Below are positions 24,937-35,360 of a stretch of 64,000 nt of DNA, one piece after another. This stretch comes from Anaeromyxobacteraceae bacterium (GTDB taxonomy: Bacteria; Myxococcota; Myxococcia; Myxococcales; Anaeromyxobacteraceae). Where the stretch lies: NCBI GenBank assembly GCA_047602405.1, contig JASGHJ010000001.1, positions 1,216,001 to 1,280,000 of the forward strand, written 5' to 3'. The notes below the pieces were generated by a model, which saw only the letters and a list, made by a program, of their open reading frames with translations, was not told the DNA's origin and searched no databases. A program made the translations under genes and the position numbers. The number at the start of each line of letters is the position of its first letter. Within the stretch, counting starts at the first letter, position 1.

Positions 24937-27147
24937 TCAGCAGCCGGCCCGCCGGACGTGGACGTGGCCGTCCGCGTCGAGCCAGCCGATGACGCCGAGG
25001 TTCACCGAGAAGTCACGGACCTCCCCGGGCACGCCGGCGTTCACGGGCACGGGCTGCAGCTCCCAGCCGCCGTTCCATCGCCGGCTGAGCAGCAGATCGT
25101 TGCCGGAGGTGTCGCGCTCGATCCAGTACACCGTGGGCACCGGCGCCCAGGGGTCGAGCACCGCGCCCCGCGCCGCGCGCGACGGATCCACGGCGAGCTC
25201 CGACGGCGCCTCGAAGACGAGGCCGTCATGCGACACGCTCACGACCGGGCGTCCGCCCTCGGTCCACGCGACGGCTTGCCATCCATCGCGGCCCCACAAG
25301 GATGGGGCCACGGCGTCCTGCGCGAGCGCGGCGATCGACGGGATGGGCTCCCAGAGCGGCGGCGCCCTGTACCGCACGCGGGCCCCGGCCAGGCGCCCGT
25401 TCTCGCCCGGCGCGGCCTCCGTCCACACCGCGTAGATCCAGTCCAGCGTGTCGAACGTGTCCGGGCCGGTCTGGACGCGCACCGTCCAGGACGCGAGCGC
25501 CGGCTCGTCGGCGGAGCGCGGCGCAGCGGGCGGCGGAGGGTCGAAGGGGAACTGGTACATCCGGATCACCCGGCCACCTCCGTCCACCGATTCCGACCAG
25601 GCGACGAGGCCCTTCCCGAGGAGCGTGAACGGGTGGCGCGCGTCCTGCGCCGGGTCGATGTTGTGGGATGCGCCGTTGACGATGACCTGCCCCGGCCCCC
25701 CGCCTGCGGACTCGATCCAGGCACGATCGGAGGGCTCACGTGCCACCGCCCCGACGGCTCCGGGCATGTACCGGTGCCACTCCACGGTCGGCGGGTACGT
25801 GTTGAGGCGCGCGAGGTACTGGCTGACGAGCCGGCCGGCGTCCGCCGTGCCCGGCGCCGCCACCGCGAGCACGGTGTCGGCGTCGTAGAAGTTGGGGAGG
25901 GGTGGGTAGCACGCGTTCGGGAGGGCGACCGAGAGCTCGGTGTAGGCGCCTTCCATCGGCGGAAACGGCTCGAGCCACGTGGTCTGGCCGCGATCGCACG
26001 AGACCGTCGAGCGCAGCCCCACCTCGTCCTCGACCGTGGCGACGAGGTGCTGCGAGCGCCAGAGCGGCCCGAGGTCGGTGGCCCAGGTCGGGCAGATCTG
26101 CTGCGCCGTCGAGCTCGTGCTCCCGTACGTCACCGTCGCGGTGTCCGCGCCGAACCTCACGGCGGCCTCCACCACGCGAGCGGGCTCGTCGAGCGAGACC
26201 ACGAAGCAGCCCGGGGCGGTGTCGATGCAGCGGACGAGCGCGGGCGGGCTGCGGTCCACCCGGATCCAGGGCGCGTCGCCCTGGAGGGTGAGGTCCGAGT
26301 CGCCCTGCGGGGTGGCCTCGACCTTGTAGAGGCCCTCGGGGACCTGGGTGGTGTCCCAGGCGAGCGTCCAGCCTCCGGCGGCGTCGATCCTGCCGATCCG
26401 GAGGGAACCTGCGGTGAGCTCGATGTAGCTCGGCGGATCGCCGGAGACGGGCTCGAGCCGCAGCGCCACGGTCCCCGGCGTGGCCTGGGACGCCGTCCGC
26501 CAGGCGAAGGTGGACGCCTTCCCGGCGAGGCGCGTCCAGGTGAAGCTCCACCCGCCGGGGGCGGGCGGGTCGACGATGGTCGGCGCCACCTCGAGGGTCG
26601 CCTCGCCGACGCGGTCCAGGCTCTGCCCGAGCGCGACGCGCAGCGTGTGCCCGTCGGGCAGCACCGACGCGATCGACGGCCGCCCGGCGAAGACGGCGTC
26701 GTGGGCGGCGAGCTCCGGCACGAGCGGCCGCGTGAACCGGATCTCGACCACGAGCGGCGTGTCGGTCATCGGGTCGGCCGCCGGGTAGGCGCCGTCCGGC
26801 GGCTCCACGGACGTGACGAGCTCGCGCCCGCGCCTCACGCGCAGGGTCCGCTTCACCGATCGCGCGGACGAACCGTCGAGCGCGCGCGCGACGAGCACGT
26901 GGGTCCCCTCGCGCAGCCCGGGATCGAGGGCGACGCCGAGGGGGACGTTGGCGGGGAAAGCGCCGGGGATCCGCTCGCCGTCGACCTCGAGCGCGATGCG
27001 CCGCACCGGCCCGCGCACCTCGAGCGCGACCCAGGCGCCGCCGGACAGCTCCCCCTCCGGCAGCAGGGTGAGCTCGCCCGAGTCGGAGAGCACGCAGCCC
27101 GCGAGGGCGGGGAGGAGCACGGCGAGGGCGAGGCGTCGCGCGGTCAC
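24937..27147 (-). CDS. Large lipoprotein with Ig-like domains and beta-rich C-terminus
   Basis: GTG 27147 (GTGA overlap), lipobox LAGC, WDTTQVPEG, RVDRSPP, repeated AW(S/T)E motifs. Confidence 0.7.
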   Translation of the reverse strand: MTARRLALAVLLPALAGCVLSDSGELTLLPEGELSGGAWVALEVRGPVRRIALEVDGERIPGAFPANVPLGVALDPGLREGTHVLVARALDGSSARSVKRTLRVRRGRELVTSVEPPDGAYPAADPMTDTPLVVEIRFTRPLVPELAAHDAVFAGRPSIASVLPDGHTLRVALGQSLDRVGEATLEVAPTIVDPPAPGGWSFTWTRLAGKASTFAWRTASQATPGTVALRLEPVSGDPPSYIELTAGSLRIGRIDAAGGWTLAWDTTQVPEGLYKVEATPQGDSDLTLQGDAPWIRVDRSPPALVRCIDTAPGCFVVSLDEPARVVEAAVRFGADTATVTYGSTSSTAQQICPTWATDLGPLWRSQHLVATVEDEVGLRSTVSCDRGQTTWLEPFPPMEGAYTELSVALPNACYPPLPNFYDADTVLAVAAPGTADAGRLVSQYLARLNTYPPTVEWHRYMPGAVGAVAREPSDRAWIESAGGGPGQVIVNGASHNIDPAQDARHPFTLLGKGLVAWSESVDGGGRVIRMYQFPFDPPPPAAPRSADEPALASWTVRVQTGPDTFDTLDWIYAVWTEAAPGENGRLAGARVRYRAPPLWEPIPSIAALAQDAVAPSLWGRDGWQAVAWTEGGRPVVSVSHDGLVFEAPSELAVDPSRAARGAVLDPWAPVPTVYWIERDTSGNDLLLSRRWNGGWELQPVPVNAGVPGEVRDFSVNLGVIGWLDADGHVHVRRAGC

Positions 27148-28199
27148 CAGACCCTCCAGCTGCCATCGAGCGCGACGGCGAACCACGGGACGACCTTCCC
27201 GTCCGTCGACGCGAGCGCGCCGGCGTCGAGCGCGAGGTGTCCGAGCGCCAGCCGCGCGGCGGCCGCCACCGCGCCCGCCGGCGAGGAGCGGCGCGGCGTC
27301 CACCAGGTCTCCGCGACGATCGCGACCCGGCCGGTGAGCCAGGCGGCGCCCGCCGCGCCCACCACGACGGGGTCGAAGCCGCCGAGCCGCGCCGCCGCCG
27401 CGACCGGAGGCCCCGCGTACACCGTCGCGTGGAGGCGTGGGCCGCCGACGCCCGCGGAGCCGTGCAGCGTGGAGGTGCTGGTGCCCTGGGAACGGACCGC
27501 GGTGACGCCGGCCGCGAGCCGCACGCCCGCGACCTCGAGCTGGGCGGTGGCGTCGACGCGGGTGCCGGTGGGCGGGACCGGATCGCCGTAGAGCAGCGGC
27601 GCCTCGAGCGCGGCGGAGAGCACGAGCCAGTCGAAGGCGGCGGTCTCGAGCCCGAGCGGACACTCGAGCGAGCTGCGCAGCGTCCACTCGCCGCGCCGGA
27701 GCGCGCCGGGCTGGGGGAGGTGCACGTAGCGGATGCGGGACGGGTCGGCCCACGTCCGCAGGGGCAGGTCGCGGTCCTGGAACTCGGCGCGGCCGAGGTC
27801 CGCCTCGGCCACCTCGAGCTCCGCGCCGTCGTCGGCACGGATCCGCAGCACGCCGCCGCTGCGCGCGAGGAGGAGGCCCTCCACGGTCCGCGCCTTCGTG
27901 ACGAGGAGCACGCGCGGCGCGCCGGCCGGACCGTTCCTCCCCGGCTCGGGGAGGCGCCCCACGATCGCGCCGGGCGCGACGCGGAGCACGGCGTCGCTCG
28001 CCAGCGCGATCCCGGGGCTCCCGTCGGGCTCCACCACGAGCCGCCCCGCGAAGTGGCGGCCGTCGCGGAGCAGGAACAGGCCGCGGTCTCCCGGCCGGGC
28101 CGGCAGGGTGAGCGGCGCGTCCACGGGCTCGACGGCCGGCGCCACGGCCGGATCCGGAGCGAGCGTGAGCGCCAGGAGCGCGAGCGGTGCGAGCAGCAT
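27144..28199 (-). CDS. Secreted hypothetical protein (possible outer-membrane beta-rich C-terminus)
   Basis: ATG 28199, signal peptide, amphipathic beta-like segments, terminal Trp. Confidence 0.6.
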   Translation of the reverse strand: MLLAPLALLALTLAPDPAVAPAVEPVDAPLTLPARPGDRGLFLLRDGRHFAGRLVVEPDGSPGIALASDAVLRVAPGAIVGRLPEPGRNGPAGAPRVLLVTKARTVEGLLLARSGGVLRIRADDGAELEVAEADLGRAEFQDRDLPLRTWADPSRIRYVHLPQPGALRRGEWTLRSSLECPLGLETAAFDWLVLSAALEAPLLYGDPVPPTGTRVDATAQLEVAGVRLAAGVTAVRSQGTSTSTLHGSAGVGGPRLHATVYAGPPVAAAARLGGFDPVVVGAAGAAWLTGRVAIVAETWWTPRRSSPAGAVAAAARLALGHLALDAGALASTDGKVVPWFAVALDGSWRVW

Positions 28200-28296
28200 C
28201 CGTCCCCCCGGCACCGAGCGTAGCCGACGGGGGCGCGGACGCGAAGTGAAGAAGTAGGCCTTCAACCCCGGCGCGAAACGTGTTGTCGTCGGGTGG

Positions 28297-30507
28297 ATGG
28301 CGGAGGGGGCTGTGCGCATTCGCCGCAGGGCGTTCGTGGCGCCGTGGGTCCTCGCGGTCGCGCTCTCGGCGTGCTCGCACGAGCCGGACCCCGCGCCGGC
28401 GGACGGGGATCCGGGTCCGGACCCGGTCACCGTCGTGCTCTCGCTGGAGCGGCTCGATCCCGAGCTCACGAACGCGACGACCTACGGGGTCGTGGTCCAC
28501 GCGTCGCCCGACCTGCCGGTGTCGATCGAGCTGGATGGGGTCGCCGTCGCCGCGGGACGCGACCTCCAGGTCGTGCGGGCGCCGATCGACGCGGCCGTGA
28601 GCGGGACCCACGCGCTCGTCGCGGTCGCCCGGATCGACGGCGAGCGGTTCGAGAGCGCGCCGCTCGCGTTCCGGGTGGACCGGACCCCGCCCTCGCTCGT
28701 GGCGCTGTCCCCGGACATCGGCGTCGCCCTGCCCCCGGTCGACGTCATCGCCACCTTCGGCGAGCCCGTGACCCTCGTGAAGGCGGAAATGCTGGTCTCC
28801 GGGGCGGCGGTGTACGAACCGCCGAGCTCACTCTCCGCCGATGGCCTCACCGTCCGGGTGACGCTCGGCTGGTTCATGTGGAAGGCCACGAACGTGCGGC
28901 TCGTCGTGAAGGACGCGCTCGGGAACGCCGGCACGTACCTGCTCGGCCCGTGGCTGCCCGGCCCGCTGGAGGTGGAGCTCTCCGGCGTGCCCGCGGGGCC
29001 GCTGCGCGGGACGGTCCCGTTCTCGGTCCGGTGGCGCGGCCCGGCGTTGCTGGACGTCCTGGTGGGCGGCATTGGCTTCGCGACCCTCCAGGCGCCCGCG
29101 GGCCAGGACGGCTGGCGCGAGGGGCAGGCGGAGATCGACACCCGCGGCGTCCCCGACGGTCCCGCCACCGTCAGGCTCTACTACGACGGGTACGAGTCCC
29201 ACTACCAGCAGTGGACGATCGACAACACCCCGCCCGCGCTCGTCTCGTGCGGCCCGCTCGCGGGCCGGGCCGACGACGCGCCGACCGGCGCGGGGGTCGT
29301 GGCGAGGTTCGCGGAGCCCGTGACCCCGGTGGCGGCGCCGGGCCCGCTCGCGAAGGAGCTCGTGCTCGTCGAGAAGGTGCAGGAGCCGCTGCCGTACACC
29401 TGGCGCGGTGAGATCCCGCAGGTGCGCGACGCCGCCGGGAACATCGTGGGGCCGCTCCCCTGCGGCGAGGTGATCTTCCCCGTCTGGCGCGCCCCCGCGG
29501 GCGCGGGGCCGATCGCGGTCGGCCCGCTCGGACCGGCCCTCCGCCTCTTCGCCGCCGGCGACGGCGTGAGTGTCGAGTTCGCCTCGCTCGACGACGGCGT
29601 GGCCTCCTTCATCCACGGCGGGTACCCGCTCGTCTACCCGCCGCCGCCCGAGCCGATCTACGCGTGGGGCGGCGCCGGCACCATCCAGTCGAGCTCGATC
29701 GTCGTGGGGACGCGGGCGGCGGCCTGGGTCTTCGCCGCCGACTTCGCCTCGAGCCTCACCGTCCGCACGGCGCCGTACGTGGCCGAGGAGTACGTGGGCG
29801 TCACCGCGGCCGCGCGCTTTCCGCAGCGCGCCGTCGCGGTCGCGGAGGATGGCGGCGTCGCCTGGACCGACGGTGGCGCCGGCGCGCGGGTCCTGCGGGC
29901 CTCCTGGCGCCAGCCGATCAGGCGGGCCACGCTGGACGCCGGGATGGACCCGGCTGCGGAGGTGGAGGGCGGGGCGCTGGCCGCCGGCGCGACCCGGCTC
30001 GCATGGCTCGAGCGTGCGCCGGGCGGGCCTGCCCTGCTGTTCCTGCGGGAGGCGGCGGGCTCGCCGCTCGCCTTCGGTCCGACGCTCGGACCACTCAACG
30101 CCGATCCCGCCGCCACCGCGGCGGAGCCGGTGCTCCTCGCATCGGCCCTGGTCGACGCGGTGGCGTGGACGGAGGTGGGCCAGGTGCTCATCCGCACCCG
30201 TGCTCCGGGCCAGGTGGACTACGGCCCCGCGGTCGTGGCGAACGCCGACCCGGCCCGCCTCGCCCGGACGCCGTCGCTCGCCGTCGACGCGGATGGCGCC
30301 GTGCTCGCGTTCGTCGAGGCGACGCCCACCGGGGACCGCATGGAGGTCCGGCGCTGGCGAGGCGGCGCGTGGGTGCTCGACGGGGGGCTCGAGGGGAGCC
30401 TCGAGGGGCTCGACCTCGGCGCGAGCGGCGCGGAGGTGAGCATCGCCTGGCCGGGCGTGCTCTGGCGCTCCGCGGGTGAGACGCGGGTGCGCGTGCGCAA
30501 CCGCTGA
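28297..30507 (+). CDS. Large lipoprotein, distant paralog of 24937-27147
   Basis: Lipobox LSAC, RVDRTPP, IDTRGVPDG, IDNTPP, AWTE motifs, RRWRGGAW; start codon uncertain. Confidence 0.7.
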   Translation: MAEGAVRIRRRAFVAPWVLAVALSACSHEPDPAPADGDPGPDPVTVVLSLERLDPELTNATTYGVVVHASPDLPVSIELDGVAVAAGRDLQVVRAPIDAAVSGTHALVAVARIDGERFESAPLAFRVDRTPPSLVALSPDIGVALPPVDVIATFGEPVTLVKAEMLVSGAAVYEPPSSLSADGLTVRVTLGWFMWKATNVRLVVKDALGNAGTYLLGPWLPGPLEVELSGVPAGPLRGTVPFSVRWRGPALLDVLVGGIGFATLQAPAGQDGWREGQAEIDTRGVPDGPATVRLYYDGYESHYQQWTIDNTPPALVSCGPLAGRADDAPTGAGVVARFAEPVTPVAAPGPLAKELVLVEKVQEPLPYTWRGEIPQVRDAAGNIVGPLPCGEVIFPVWRAPAGAGPIAVGPLGPALRLFAAGDGVSVEFASLDDGVASFIHGGYPLVYPPPPEPIYAWGGAGTIQSSSIVVGTRAAAWVFAADFASSLTVRTAPYVAEEYVGVTAAARFPQRAVAVAEDGGVAWTDGGAGARVLRASWRQPIRRATLDAGMDPAAEVEGGALAAGATRLAWLERAPGGPALLFLREAAGSPLAFGPTLGPLNADPAATAAEPVLLASALVDAVAWTEVGQVLIRTRAPGQVDYGPAVVANADPARLARTPSLAVDADGAVLAFVEATPTGDRMEVRRWRGGAWVLDGGLEGSLEGLDLGASGAEVSIAWPGVLWRSAGETRVRVRNR

Positions 30508-30513
30508 CGGCTC

Positions 30514-31653
30514 TCAGTACACGTCCGCCGGCGACAGCCTCACCGGCGCGCCGATCGGATCCTCCGGCCCGCGCACCGGCTCGCGGTCGAGCGCCGGGGA
30601 GAACGCGCACGGCGCCTCGGGCGGCTCGAGCACGGGCTCGCCGGCGTCGTTCATCGCGGGCTGGAAGACGGCCCAGGCCTCGACCGTGCCGTCGCCGTCG
30701 AGGTCCGCCTCGGCGCAGGCGGCCCACGCGACGTTGCCGTCCTCGTCCTGCTCGGCGGCCACCTGGTAGACGAAGTAGGTCGCGGGTTCGACGTCCCAGC
30801 CGAGCTCCGCGGCGAGCGCGCGGTCCTCGGCGCTCCAGGCGTGCTTCGCCGTGCCGGGGGTCTGGTCGGCGGGGATGCTCAGCTGCACGACGCCACCTCC
30901 GGCCTCCGCGTGCCGCCGCTCGGCCAGGGCGAGCGCCCCGAGGTTCCTGGGCGCCTCCGCCCGCTTCGCGCCGAGCTGGTGCTTCACGAAGTTCGGGATC
31001 GCGATCGCGGCCACGATGCCGGCCACCGCGATCAGCACGAAGAGGCCGCCCAGGACGGCGGCCACGATGCCGCCGGTGCCCGCCGCGCGCCGCTGGACGA
31101 CCGCCGTGCCCGCGACGTAGTCGTGCAGGGCGCGCTTGCGGTCGGTGAACGCGGCGACGACGAAGCCGAGCTCGAGCGGGATCGCCGAGAGGATCTTCGC
31201 GAAGAAGCGCCCGGTCGCGCGCCCGAACGAGAGGCGCCGGCCGTCGGCCGTCTCGACGGCGAGGCCGAGCGCCTTCTTGCCGAGCGTCGCCTGCTGCGCA
31301 GACGACTCCATCAGCGCGGAGTAGAGCCACACGCCGGCGAACACCACGACGTAGAAGAGCCCGAAGAGCGCGAGGAACGCGCCGCCCGGCTCGCCCCCGC
31401 CCTTCGAGAACACCCCGAGGACGGCGCCCACGATCCCGAGCACCACGAGCACGGCCATCTCGCCGAGCCAGACGACGAGCCCGTCGACGAACATCGCGAG
31501 GAACCGGATCCAGAAGCCGGCGGGCCGCGGGAAGCCGTCCTGCCCCGGCGGCGCCGCCTGCGGCTGCGGCGGCGCGGGCGCCGGCTGGGCCTGCCGTGGG
31601 GGCTGCGACGGACCACCCTGCGCCTGGCTGAAGCTCGACCTCTCCTCGGTCAC
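30514..31653 (-). CDS. RDD family membrane protein fused to a type IV pilin-like domain
   Basis: AGFWIRFLAMFVD...QATLGKKALGL...RALHDYVAGT (RDD), then GIVAAIAIPNFVKHQ..AKRAEA..NL; GGAGG upstream of GTG 31653. Confidence 0.8.
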   Translation of the reverse strand: MTEERSSFSQAQGGPSQPPRQAQPAPAPPQPQAAPPGQDGFPRPAGFWIRFLAMFVDGLVVWLGEMAVLVVLGIVGAVLGVFSKGGGEPGGAFLALFGLFYVVVFAGVWLYSALMESSAQQATLGKKALGLAVETADGRRLSFGRATGRFFAKILSAIPLELGFVVAAFTDRKRALHDYVAGTAVVQRRAAGTGGIVAAVLGGLFVLIAVAGIVAAIAIPNFVKHQLGAKRAEAPRNLGALALAERRHAEAGGGVVQLSIPADQTPGTAKHAWSAEDRALAAELGWDVEPATYFVYQVAAEQDEDGNVAWAACAEADLDGDGTVEAWAVFQPAMNDAGEPVLEPPEAPCAFSPALDREPVRGPEDPIGAPVRLSPADVY

Positions 31654-31720
31654 GTGGACGACCCTCCCGGACTGGCAGCCTACCCGGCGCCGCGCCGGTC
31701 GTCGCGGTAGAACCGGCGCG

Positions 31721-33484
31721 ATGGAGGCGGGCGACGCATTCCTGGAGCTCGACGGGTTCTCCGGGCCGCTCGCGTTCCGGGCGCCGCGGGCCGTCCACGT
31801 CGCGCGCACGCTCGCGGAGGTGCGGCCGGTGCTCGAGGCGGCCGCGCGCGCGGGCGCGGAGGGCCGCTGGGCGGCGGGCTTCGTCGCCTACGAGGCGGCG
31901 CCCGCGTTCGACGCGGCGCTCTGCGTCCCCGGCGTCGCCACCGGCCCGCTCGCCTGGTTCGCCGAGTACGACCGGCCGGCGGACCCGACGGCTTTCACGC
32001 CAGGTGAGGCCGACCTCGGCCCGCTCGCGCCCGACGAGGACGCCGGCGCCCACGCCGCCGCGATCGCGCGCATCCGCGAGGGCATCGGCCGCGGCGACTT
32101 CTACCAGGTGAACCACACCTTCCGGCTGCGGGGCCCGTTCCGCGGTGATCCTCTCGCGCTCTACCGCCGCCTCCGCGCCGCGCAGGGCGGCGGCCTCGGC
32201 GCCTGCCTGCACGCGGGCGACCGCGCGATCGTCTCGGCCTCACCGGAGCTCTTCCTCGCGCTCCGCGGCCGGGACGTCGTCATGCGCCCGATGAAGGGCA
32301 CCGCGCCGCGCGGCCGCTTCGAGGACGAGGACGCGCGCGCCGCGGAGGCGCTCCGGAGCTCCGCGAAGGAGCGCGCCGAGAACGTGATGATCGTCGACCT
32401 CGTGCGGAACGATCTCGGCCGCGTGGCCGAGCCGGGCTCGGTGCGGGTGACGCGGCGCTTCGAGGTGGAGCGGTACCGCACGGTCCTCCAGCTCACGAGC
32501 ACGGTCGAGGCGCGCCTCGCGCGCGGGCGCGGGCTCGCCGACCTCTTCGCGGCGACGTTCCCCTGCGGCTCGGTGACCGGCGCGCCCAAGGTCGCCGCGA
32601 TGGCCCGCATCGCGGCGGAGGAGCGCTCGGCGCGCGGCGTCTACTGCGGCGCGGTCGGGCTCGTGGCGCCGGGCGGCGACGCCTGCTTCAACGTGGCCAT
32701 CCGCACGGTCGCGCTGGACCTCGGGTCCGGCACCGCGACCGCTGGCGTGGGTGGCGGCATCACCTGGGACTCCACCGCGCCGGGCGAGCACGCCGAGGCG
32801 CTCGCGAAGGCCGCGTTCCTCACCGCGCCGCCGCGGCCACCCGCGCTCCTCGAGACGCTCCGCCTCGAGCACGGCCGCTACCCGCTCCTCGCCGGCCACC
32901 TCGCCCGGCTCGAGGCCTCCGCGCGCCACCTCGGCGTGTCGCTCGACCTCGCCGAGGTGCAGGCGGCCCTCGCCCGCGCTGCGACCGCGGGTGGAGACGG
33001 CCGGGTGCGGCTCGTGGTCGCCGGGCGCGGGGCGGTGGAGGTCGAGCGCACCCCGCTCCCGCCGCGCGTCGACGCGCCGGTGCCGGTCGCCCTCGCGGCC
33101 GCGCCCGTGTCGCGCCGCGACCGCCGGCTCTTCCACAAGACCACCGACCGCGCGCCCTACGACGCCGCGCGCGCCGCGCGGCCGGACGTGTTCGACGTGC
33201 TCCTCTTCAACGAGGAGGGCGAGGCGACCGAGTTCACGATCGGCAACCTGGTCGCCGAGTTCGACCTGCCGGGCGGCGTCGAGTGCGTCACCCCGCCGCG
33301 CGACGCGGGCCTGCTCGCCGGCGTCCAGCGGGCCGCGCTGCTCGCACGCGGCGAGGTCGTCGAGCGCACCGTCCGCGTGGCGGACCTCGGACGGGCGCGC
33401 CGGCTCTGGCTCGTGAACGCACTGCGGGGGCGGGTGCCCGTCTCGCTCCAGGGAACCGATCCGCCCGCCGGCCCCCGGGAGTAG
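31721..33484 (+). CDS. pabB: Aminodeoxychorismate synthase component I fused to a class IV aminotransferase/ADC lyase-like domain
   Basis: YQVN, SPELF, PMKGT, AENVMIVDLVRNDLGR, PCGSVTGAPK; C-terminal LLETLR, HKTT, EFTIGN, GLLAG. Confidence 0.88.
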   Translation: MEAGDAFLELDGFSGPLAFRAPRAVHVARTLAEVRPVLEAAARAGAEGRWAAGFVAYEAAPAFDAALCVPGVATGPLAWFAEYDRPADPTAFTPGEADLGPLAPDEDAGAHAAAIARIREGIGRGDFYQVNHTFRLRGPFRGDPLALYRRLRAAQGGGLGACLHAGDRAIVSASPELFLALRGRDVVMRPMKGTAPRGRFEDEDARAAEALRSSAKERAENVMIVDLVRNDLGRVAEPGSVRVTRRFEVERYRTVLQLTSTVEARLARGRGLADLFAATFPCGSVTGAPKVAAMARIAAEERSARGVYCGAVGLVAPGGDACFNVAIRTVALDLGSGTATAGVGGGITWDSTAPGEHAEALAKAAFLTAPPRPPALLETLRLEHGRYPLLAGHLARLEASARHLGVSLDLAEVQAALARAATAGGDGRVRLVVAGRGAVEVERTPLPPRVDAPVPVALAAAPVSRRDRRLFHKTTDRAPYDAARAARPDVFDVLLFNEEGEATEFTIGNLVAEFDLPGGVECVTPPRDAGLLAGVQRAALLARGEVVERTVRVADLGRARRLWLVNALRGRVPVSLQGTDPPAGPRE

Positions 33485-33494
33485 ACTCGCGGTC

Positions 33495-33977
33495 GTGACT
33501 GCGCGCCTGCGCTACCGGTCTCCCGTGGGGCCCCTCTTCGTGGAGGCGCTCGACGAGGGCGTGGTCGGCCTCTCGTTCGGCGACGCCGGGCCGGGCCGCG
33601 CCGGCGTCTCGGCACGCGCCCGCAAGCACCTCGACGCAGCGCGCGAAGCGCTCGACGCCTACTTCGCGGGCAAGCCCCCCACGCTCCCTGGCCTGGTCCT
33701 CAAGGGATTGCCGTTCCAGGAGCGCGTCTGGCGGGCGCTCGTCGACATCCCCTGGGGCGAGGTCCGGACCTACGGCGAGATCGCGGCCGCGCTCGGCGTG
33801 CCCGGCGCGGCGCGCGCGGTCGGCGGCGCCAACCACCGGAATCCCATCGCGATCCTCGTGCCCTGCCACCGCGTCGTGCAGACGAGCGGGAGGCTGGGGG
33901 GGTACGGCGGCGGCGTGGACGTGAAGCGCTGGTTGCTCGCCCACGAGGCGGGCCACGGGCCCGCGCTGCGCCTCTGA
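33495..33977 (+). CDS. ogt: Methylated-DNA-protein-cysteine methyltransferase
   Basis: FQERVW, TYGEIA, RAVGGA..NP...PCHRV. Confidence 0.92.
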   Translation: MTARLRYRSPVGPLFVEALDEGVVGLSFGDAGPGRAGVSARARKHLDAAREALDAYFAGKPPTLPGLVLKGLPFQERVWRALVDIPWGEVRTYGEIAAALGVPGAARAVGGANHRNPIAILVPCHRVVQTSGRLGGYGGGVDVKRWLLAHEAGHGPALRL

Positions 33978-34085
33978 TCCAGCACCGCCGGGTGCGGCGC
34001 CTGCTTCCTTGCCCCGCCTACGAAGGGTGCGTAGCATCCGGGACGTTCACGAGCGGTACCGCCCAGCACCAGGAGAATCACAGTC

Positions 34086-35360
34086 ATGGCCAGGCTCCTC
34101 GCGATGATCCTCGCCGGCGGCGAGGGCCGCCGGCTCGACCCGCTCACGCGGGAGCGCGCGAAGCCCGCCGTGCCCTTCGGCGGCCGGTACCGCATCATCG
34201 ACTTCGTCCTCTCCAACTTCGCGAACTCCGGCATCCTCAAGATGAAGGTGCTGGTGCAGTACAAGTCGGAGTCGCTGAACGCGCACATCCAGCGGGGCTG
34301 GCGGCTGACCGCGCTCCTCGACCAGTACGTCGAGCTCGTGCCGGCGCAGATGCGGGTGGGGCCGAAGTGGTTCGAGGGCTCGGCCGACGCGATCTACCAG
34401 AACCTCAACATCATCACCGACGAGCAGCCCGAGTACACGTTCGTCTTCGGCGCCGACCACGTCTACCGCATGGACGTGCGCCAGATGCTCACCTACCACA
34501 AGGACCACCAGGCGGACCTCACGGTCGCGGCGATCCCGGTGCCGGTCGAGGAGGCGAGCGAGTTCGGCATCATCGAGGTCGACAAGGACGGGCGGATGAT
34601 CGGCTTCGTCGAGAAGCCGAAGTCGAACCCGAAGACCATGCCGGGCGACCCCACGCGCTGCCTGGCGTCGATGGGCAACTACCTGTTCGGCACCGAGTGC
34701 CTCGTGCAGGAGATCATGCGCGACGCGGCGGACCCGGACAGCGCGCACGACTTCGGCAAGTCGATCGTCGCGAAGATGTACGACCGCAAGCGGGTCTACG
34801 TGTACGACTTCAAGACGAACCGGGTGCCCGGCCAGGGCGAGAAGGAGCGCGGCTACTGGCGCGACGTCGGGAGCCTCGAGGCCTACTGGCAGGCCAACAT
34901 GGACCTCGTCGCGGTCGACCCGGTCTTCTCGCTCTACAACGACGAGTGGCCGATCTACACGATCCAGCACAACTTCCCGCCGGTGAAGTTCGTCTTCAAC
35001 AACGAGAAGGAGAAGCGGGTCGGCCGCGCCACCGACTCGCTCGTGTCGGAGGGCTGCATCATCTCCGGCGGCCACGTGCACCACTCCATCCTCGGGCCCG
35101 CCGTGCGCGTGAACTCCTACGCCTCGGTGGAGGAGTGCATCGTCTTCGAGAACGTGAACATCGGCCGGCACTGCAAGATCCGGCGGGCGATCATCGACAA
35201 GCACGTGTCGATCCCGCCCAACACCACGATCGGCTTCGACCTCGAGGAGGACCGCCGCCGGTTCCACGTCACCGAGAGCGGCATCGTGGTCATCCCGAAG
35301 GGCATGCGGATCGAGCCGGAGCCGGCGGCCGCGGCGCCTGCGGCCGCGCCCAAGAAGTAG
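34086..35360 (+). CDS. glgC: Glucose-1-phosphate adenylyltransferase
   Basis: [49 protein letters not shown]. Confidence 0.96.
   Translation: MARLLAMILAGGEGRRLDPLTRERAKPAVPFGGRYRIIDFVLSNFANSGILKMKVLVQYKSESLNAHIQRGWRLTALLDQYVELVPAQMRVGPKWFEGSADAIYQNLNIITDEQPEYTFVFGADHVYRMDVRQMLTYHKDHQADLTVAAIPVPVEEASEFGIIEVDKDGRMIGFVEKPKSNPKTMPGDPTRCLASMGNYLFGTECLVQEIMRDAADPDSAHDFGKSIVAKMYDRKRVYVYDFKTNRVPGQGEKERGYWRDVGSLEAYWQANMDLVAVDPVFSLYNDEWPIYTIQHNFPPVKFVFNNEKEKRVGRATDSLVSEGCIISGGHVHHSILGPAVRVNSYASVEECIVFENVNIGRHCKIRRAIIDKHVSIPPNTTIGFDLEEDRRRFHVTESGIVVIPKGMRIEPEPAAAAPAAAPKK

Noticed and set aside
28214..28226. CCGAGCGTAGCCG as another REP-like copy
   Set aside because: Lacks the CCGTTC start, the inner GNA hairpin and the GTCGAGGG end
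31721..33484. PabB-PabC-like fusion as a novelty
   Set aside because: A well-known fusion in many bacteria
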